DNA from: Squalus acanthias
Lineage: Eukaryota
Direction: 5' to 3'
NCBI GenBank assembly: GCA_030390025.1
Contig: CM059425.1
Coordinates: 173,292,001 to 173,356,000, forward strand
DNA length: 64,000 nt
Below are positions 57,728-64,000 of this stretch, piece after piece; within the stretch, counting starts at the first letter, position 1, and every line of letters begins with the position of its first letter. The notes below the pieces were generated by a model. That model made no database searches. It had not been told where the DNA came from and worked only from the letters and a program-made list of their open reading frames with translations. The position numbers were made by a program, and so were the translations under genes.

Positions 57728-58515
57728 AATGGCAGCACAGGCAACGTGTCTGGACTTCAGAATGTGTGAATTTGTGAACAGTGAGACTCTCCTGGATGCC
57801 CACATCTGTAGGAAATGTTTAGCTCCAGTCACTCGGGCTCATATTTGTTGAGCTGCAGCGCATGTTAGACACATTCTGACACGGGTGCCGAATATCTGGA
57901 TAATCACACCAGATAGAGAGAAACAGGTACAGAAAGAAGTGTGTGTCACTGACAGTCAGCAGTGTATGGGGAACCTAGTAGAGGCAAACAAGGATGAACG
58001 GCAGTAACTTTTCTTGTCCGACAGGTACAATGTACTTGCTACCTGTGATGATAAGGAAGTAGGCTGTGGGGAGGATAGCCAGAATGCTAACCAAGGCACA
58101 ATGGAGCAAGAGGCAATCCAAAGGGGTAAGCAGCAGAATAGAAAGGTTTAGTTACAGGGGATTTTATAATTAGGGGAATAGAGGGTATCCTCTGCAGTCA
58201 CAGTCAAGAATCCAGGAGGGTGTGTTGCCTACCTTGCTAGGATAATAGATATTTCAAAGCTTTGATCCATGTTGGAACCAACAACATAGGAAAGAAAAGG
58301 GAGGAGGTCCTGCTAAGGAAGAATCAGGAGCTGGGAACTAGCTTAAAAAGCAGGGCATTGTGGGTGGTAATCTCTGATTACTACCACGTGCTAATTGGCA
58401 TAGAGATAAATACATCAGGAAATAAATTGCATGGTGAAAGAATGGTGTGGAAAGGAGGGGTTCCATTTCATGAGACCCTGGCACGAGTACAGGGACAGAA
58501 AGAGCTGTCAAATCT
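57728..58515 (+). mobile_element. Old CR1 ORF1 remnant
   Basis: MAAQATC..HICRKC, G-D-F/S-IIRG and IHVGTNNI (esterase-like); homologous to 63479-64000. Confidence 0.7.
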
Positions 58516-59408
58516 ATGAATGAAAGATGGTCTGCTGCCATTGGCTCTCCATGGCCCACGTGATCCCAGGGATCGCTTCGCACTAACTGCGCCCCTGGAA
58601 CACGCAAGCACTGCGCGCCGGCACTAGGGAGAGGCCCAGGACCCGAAGTTCCTGTGGGCCCGAAACACAATGGCAGGCGCGGTAGGTAAGAGCGCGCGTG
58701 ATCCTTACCCCCGCGGCAAGCCGGCCACCTGAATTTCTAGGCCATTGTCAATCTCTGAAATAGCTTATTTTCATAGATATATATATATTGCAAAATATAT
58801 TTTGTATTCAAAGCTGAAAGACTCATTTTAGAGACTGTAAGGTCCCCTTTCATTCCTCCACGAAAGGAAAATATTCTGTCAACCCATAAATATGCCTTCC
58901 TTAAAGTCAACAAATAAATCTTGATCTGCATATATGGCTTCAGATTACTCAAACATACAAAGAATGTGAAAGTAAATGAAAGTCACCAACATGTTAAAGA
59001 GATTTTATCTCAAGCTAATTTTTGCTCCTCTCCCCGCCCACCCTTGTTGGTGGGTGGAACTATAAAAGTGACTCGTCATGTATTTGCTTGGTGCTCTGAG
59101 AATGGGAGTGTTGCAATAGTGAATTAGAGTAACTGTCATCTTTTTCTAGTTCAGGGGAGAAAGCTAGTCTAGATGATGTCATATTTACAGTGAAAAAGCA
59201 TTAGTCAGTCATTTTTAGAATGTCTTAAACTACATTTAACAATGCACTCTCAAAAATACATTCAATTCTAATGAGTAAGCTGGAATTTTCCAATGAAAAC
59301 ATTCTCCTGAGATTAACATTTACATGATTTGCACTGATTTTAGACATTGAATATGAAGTTAGTGCTTTACTCTAAAACCCTTTGCTTTTCAGAAGAGAAA
59401 CCTGTCAA

Positions 59409-59726
59409 GGGGCAACATGGTGGCATAGTGGTTAGCACTATTGCCTCACAGCGCCAAGGACCCGGGTTCGAATCCAGCCTTGGGTGACTGTCTGTGTGGA
59501 GTTTGCACATTCTCCCCGTGTCTGCGTGGGTTTCCTCTGGGTGCTCCGGTTTCCTCCCACAGTCCAAAGATGTGCGGGTTAGGTTGATTTGGCTATGATA
59601 AATTGACCCTTAGTGTTAGGGGTATTAAATACGTGGGGTTACGGGGATAGGGCGGGATATGTGTCAGTGCAGGCTTGATGGGCCGAAATGGCCTCTATCT
59701 GCACTGTGGGGATTCTGTGATTCTGT
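59409..59726 (+). mobile_element. tRNA-derived V-SINE (HE1-like)
   Basis: A box tggcatagtgg, B box ggttcgaatcc, V-domain, attctgtg tail. Confidence 0.9.
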
Positions 59727-60153
59727 CAGTCCAATATTATCACTTTTTGTATCTATGTGAAGTGATTTGGGTGTCAAGTCAGCAGCCTTATTCCCAAGGG
59801 CACTAAAGCAAGAGATGTGAGATCATCTCCAGAAGTTAGTCTCAAACCCTGATTTGAGTTCACACCAAGTACTGTATAATTATAGCCTGGTGTTTGAAAG
59901 GGGTCCACTCGACATCCTGGGAACTTAAGAAATTTTATTTTTCAGTGTTTTTAATGTTAATACAGCATGGGTTCTGCTACATTTTTAATGTGAAAAATTG
60001 GCAGCCTGGGAAGCAGGGTTTTGTACACACATCCAAGAATGCACACACAGTGATCTTATCTTACTCAATACAACCTGCATCAGGGTGTCCATGGCATTAA
60101 AACATTGAGAGGTCGCACAACACCAGGTTATAGTCCAACAGTTTTATTTGAAA

Positions 60154-60195
60154 TCACAAGCTTTCGGAGCTATCGATTGCTCCTTCCTCAGGTGA
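60154..60195 (-). ncRNA. Minimal type I hammerhead ribozyme motif (Penelope)
   Basis: Mirror copy of 62099-62140. Confidence 0.75.
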
Positions 60196-62098
60196 AGTAA
60201 ATTAGATACAGAATCGCCAAAGCATATATAGATAGAGAACAAAGCATGTGTACCTTACAATTGTAGACCACTAAATTAAATCATCCTGACTATCTGCCGA
60301 GGTGTGATAAAGTTAATTAAGTCAGCCAGGAAGGTACCACATCAAAGACATAGCAAGATACAACTGAGACAATGAGGTGTAGTCGCAGGGGTTCTAACGT
60401 GTCAAAAGCTGCCGTCTGTATGTAAAACGAAAAGCTTTAAAACTTTTTACTTTTTTACTGGGAAAATTTTTACTTTTTTACTGGGAATCACATCTGTGAA
60501 CAAGCCAACGACGACTCGAGTCCGGATCACGTCATGTATCGTGACATAAACCCAAGATCCCGGTTGAGACCGTCTTCATGAGTGCGGAACTTGGCTATCA
60601 GTTTCTGCTCGATGATTTTGCGTTGTCGTGTGTTTCTAAGGTTGCCTTGGAGAACGCTTACCCGCAGATCCGAGGCTGAATGTCCTTGACTGCTGAAGTG
60701 TTCCCCGACTGGGAGGTAACAATCCTGCCTGGTGATTGTTGCGCGGTGCTCGTTCATACGTTGTCTCAGTGTCTGCATGGTCTCGCCGATGTACCATGCC
60801 GCGGTGCATTCTTTCCTGCAACGTATGAGGTAGACAACGTTGGCCGAGTCACATGAGTATGTACCATGTACCTGGTGGGTAGTGTCCTCACGTGTGATGG
60901 TGGTATCTGTGTTGATGATCTGGCATGTCTTGCAGAGTTTGCCATGGCAGGGTTGTGTGGTGTCGTGGTCGCTGTTATCCTGAAAGCTGGGTAATTTGCT
61001 GCGAACGATGGTACTTCTGAGGTTAGGCGGCTGTTTGAAGGCAAGTAGTGGAGGCGTGGGGATGGCCTTAGCGAGGTGTTTGTCGTCATCGATGACATGT
61101 TGAAGGCTGCGAAGAACATGGCGTAGTTTCTCTGCTCCGGGGAAGTACTGGACGACGTAGGGTACCTTGTTGTTTGTGTCCCGTGTTTGCCTTCTGAGGA
61201 GGTCTATGCGATTTTTCGCTGTGGCCCGTCGGAACTGTCGATCGATGAGTCGAGCGTCATATCCCGTTCTTACGAGGACGTACCATCGTTCGCAGCAAAT
61301 TACCCAGCTTTCAGGATAACAGCGACCACGACACCACACAACCCTGCCATGGCAAACTCTGCAAGACATGCCAGATCATCAACACAGATACCACCATCAC
61401 ACGTGAGGACACTACCCACCAGGTACATGGTACATACTCATGTGACTCGGCCAACGTTGTCTACCTCATACGTTGCAGGAAAGAATGCACCGCGGCATGG
61501 TACATCGGCGAGACCATGCAGACACTGAGACAACGTATGAACGAGCACCGCGCAACAATCGCCAGGCAGGATTGTTACCTCCCAGTCGGGGAACACTTCA
61601 GCAGTCAAGGACATTCAGCCTCGGATCTGCGGGTAAGCGTTCTCCAAGGCAACCTTAGAAACACACGACAACGCAAAATCATCGAGCAGAAACTGATAGC
61701 CAAGTTCTGCACTCATGAAGACGGTCTCAACCGGGATCTTGGGTTTATGTCACGATACATGACGTGATCCGGACTCGAGTCGTCGTTGGCTTGTTCACAG
61801 ATGTGATTCCCAGTAAAAAAGTAAAAATTTTCCCAGTAAAAAAGTAAAAAGTTTTAAAGCTTTTCGTTTTACATCCAGACGGCAGCTTTTGACACGTTAG
61901 AACCCCTGCGACTACACCTCATTGTCTCAGTTGTATCTTGCTATGTCTTTGATGTGGTACCTTCCTGGCTGACTTAATTAACTTTATCACACCTCGGCAG
62001 ATAGTCAGGATGATTTAATTTAGTGGTCTGCAATTGTAAGGTACACATGCTTTGTTCTCTATCTATATATGCTTTGGCGATTCTGTATCTAATTTACT

Positions 62099-62140
62099 TC
62101 ACCTGAGGAAGGAGCAATCGATAGCTCCGAAAGCTTGTGA
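62099..62140 (+). ncRNA. Minimal type I hammerhead ribozyme motif (Penelope)
   Basis: tcac-CTGAGGA-a-ggagc(aatcgata)gctcc-GAAA-gctt-gtga: both core boxes, stem II, palindromic stem III and closing stem I. Confidence 0.75.
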
Positions 62141-62750
62141 TTTCAAATAAAACTGTTGGACTATAACCTGGTGTTGTGCGACCTCTCAATTTTGTCCACC
62201 CCAGTCCAACACCGGCATCTCCGCATCATTAAAACATTGGTCAGCCTCACTGAACGTCATACTCTACTGATATTAGCCTGAGAACCCATCTGTGGTACCC
62301 CTGTAACTTAATTGTATAACAATACTGCAGAAACCACCATACAACTATAGTTTACCAGCATCTGGTTGGCATTTTACATTGGGTGTGAGGCCATCTGGAG
62401 GGGGCGGTCTAACGACAGTTTGTTTGCAGTGCAAAGACAATTTTTTAAACGAGGGACTGCCTAACAAGAGAAGATAGAATAGATAATGGCAGCACAGGCA
62501 ACGTGTCTGGACTTCAGAATGTGTGAATTTGTGAACAGTGAGACTCTCCTGGATGACCACATCTGTAGGAAATGTTTAGCTCCAGTCACTCGGGCTCATA
62601 TCTGTTGAGCTGCAGCGCATGTTAGACACATTCTGACACGGGTCCCGAATATCTGGATAATCACACCAGATGGAGAGAAACAGGTACAGAAAGAAGTGTG
62701 TGTCACTGACAGTCAGCAGTGTATGGGAACCTAGTAGAGGCAAACAAGGA

Positions 62751-63478
62751 TAAATCTCAGCAGTATAAATAAGGGAGACTAGAGTGCAGATTGTCATGGA
62801 GTGCAGATTGGAACAGAGTGTTAAGCTGCGAGTTTGGTGAGTGAGGGAGTAAATCTTAAAGGTTAATCTCTTATTTTTATAAATTCTAGTCTTGAGTGCT
62901 TGCAATTAGCATTTAAATTTACTGTTTCAAGTTTTAAGTTTCTTCCAGGCTTGGGCAGGGCTAAGCAAGCTCTGTGCTGGAGAGCAGGTGAGAGTAATTA
63001 ATTAATTAACTGGTCTAATCTGGTTCTGTACCTGCCAGAGAGCTCACTTATTTAAATCTCAGCAGGAAAATAAGGGAGACTAGAGTGCAGTTTGTCACGG
63101 AGTGCAGATTGGAACAGATTGTTAAGCTGCGAGTTTGGTGAGTGAGGGAGTGCGGGGAGGGAGGTGTTCCTTCCTTTTTCCATCTTTGTCAGCTTCCTGG
63201 TGCGGCGGCGGACCTGCGTGAGGCGAGGCGGCGGCAGAGGATTTAAAAGGCTCCAGAGACCAGGTAAGGCGGGACCAGTCTCCGAACTCGGAGGGAGGGA
63301 GAGAGGTAAAAAATAATTGAGGTGTGACGTCACCAGAAAGCAGGTAAGTAATTGGTTGGTGAGTATTTCTCTCTTTTTAAACTTAAACTCTGTGGTTTAT
63401 AGTTTCTAAGGTGTGATATACATCAGGCGGGGCAGAAAGTATTTAAAAAATATTAATAAATTTAATTAATTACATAGA
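62751..63478 (+). mobile_element. CR1 5' UTR with a duplicated ~100-bp 5' module
   Basis: 62751-62850 is repeated at ~63053-63151; directly upstream of ORF1. Confidence 0.7.
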
Positions 63479-64000
63479 ATGGGAGAGCAGGTGATGTGTT
63501 ACTGCTGCAATATGTGGGAGCTGGTGGACACCATTGATGCTCACGGTGATCACATTTGCAGTAAGTGTTGGCTGCTCGAAGAACTCCGGCTCCGTGTTGA
63601 TGAGCCAGAGTCCGAGCTTCAAACACTGCGACACATCAGGGCGGGGGAGAGTTACCTGGACTGTGTGTTCCAGGAAGTAGTCACACCAATTAGATTAACT
63701 AATTCAGATGTAGTCCGTGGTCAGGGACAGGAGGGTGTGACTATGAGTGAGGCAGGTACGGGGATCCAGGAGGTAGTGTTGGAGGAGTCGCAGCCCTTGC
63801 TCTTGTCCAACAGGTTCGAGGCTCTTACTCCCTGTGAGGACGGGAGCAGGGACTGCAGGGAGGATGAGCAACCTGTCCACAGCACCGTGGAACGGGGGGC
63901 CATTCAAGTGGGGGGAGTAAAAAGAAATGTTGTAGTGGTAGGGGATAGTACCATAAGGGGGATAGGTAGGGTTCTTTGCAGCCGAGAGCGAGAGTCCCGA
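63479..64000 (+). CDS. CR1 ORF1 (zinc finger, coiled coil, start of SGNH esterase), open to the window edge
   Basis: My translation MGEQVMCYCCNMWE..HICSKC..LSNRFEAL..VVVVGDSTIRG has no stop before 64000; it is absent from the ORF track, probably because it runs off the edge. Confidence 0.85.
   Translation, partial: MGEQVMCYCCNMWELVDTIDAHGDHICSKCWLLEELRLRVDEPESELQTLRHIRAGESYLDCVFQEVVTPIRLTNSDVVRGQGQEGVTMSEAGTGIQEVVLEESQPLLLSNRFEALTPCEDGSRDCREDEQPVHSTVERGAIQVGGVKRNVVVVGDSTIRGIGRVLCSRERESR

Larger units (their letters stand above)
60104..62226. mobile_element. Penelope-like element 3' region arranged as a ~910-bp inverted repeat (GIY-YIG endonuclease)
   Basis: NVVYLIRC..WYIGET..LRQRMNEH..EQKLI..GLN in both arms (60104-61014, 61280-62190); CATTAAAACATTG duplicated at 60095-60107 and 62227-62239. 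Confidence 0.93.

Overview
Vertebrate genomic DNA, almost certainly elasmobranch (shark/ray), judged from HE1/V-SINEs, Deu-domain SINEs and shark-type CR1s. It is almost entirely nested transposable elements, and I recognise no host gene. The centrepiece is a very young, fully open 12.7-kb endogenous retrovirus at 16679-29336 (+). It has near-identical 1.6-kb LTRs, a 4-bp TSD, a tRNA-Arg(UCG)-type PBS, gag joined in frame to pol across a UGA-CUAG readthrough motif, a dual-RNase-H Pol, and an Env that looks like a paramyxo/pneumovirus-F-like class I fusogen (lokiretrovirus-like) with an apparent immunoglobulin-like domain at its N-terminus. A divergent, internally deleted relative using tRNA-Lys3 lies at 2404-9480 (-), and a related solo LTR at 46341-47632. 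Comparing these three reveals conserved protein motifs and a covarying U5 hairpin that displays the complement of the tRNA T-loop. Also present: many CR1 LINEs, an L2 fragment, SINEs, PIF/Harbinger remnants and MITEs, a 5'-inverted near-full-length RTE bracketed with a 29-bp satellite by one apparent TSD, and an inverted Penelope element with two hammerhead motifs. All family assignments come from motif recognition and recalled tRNA sequences; no database search was run.
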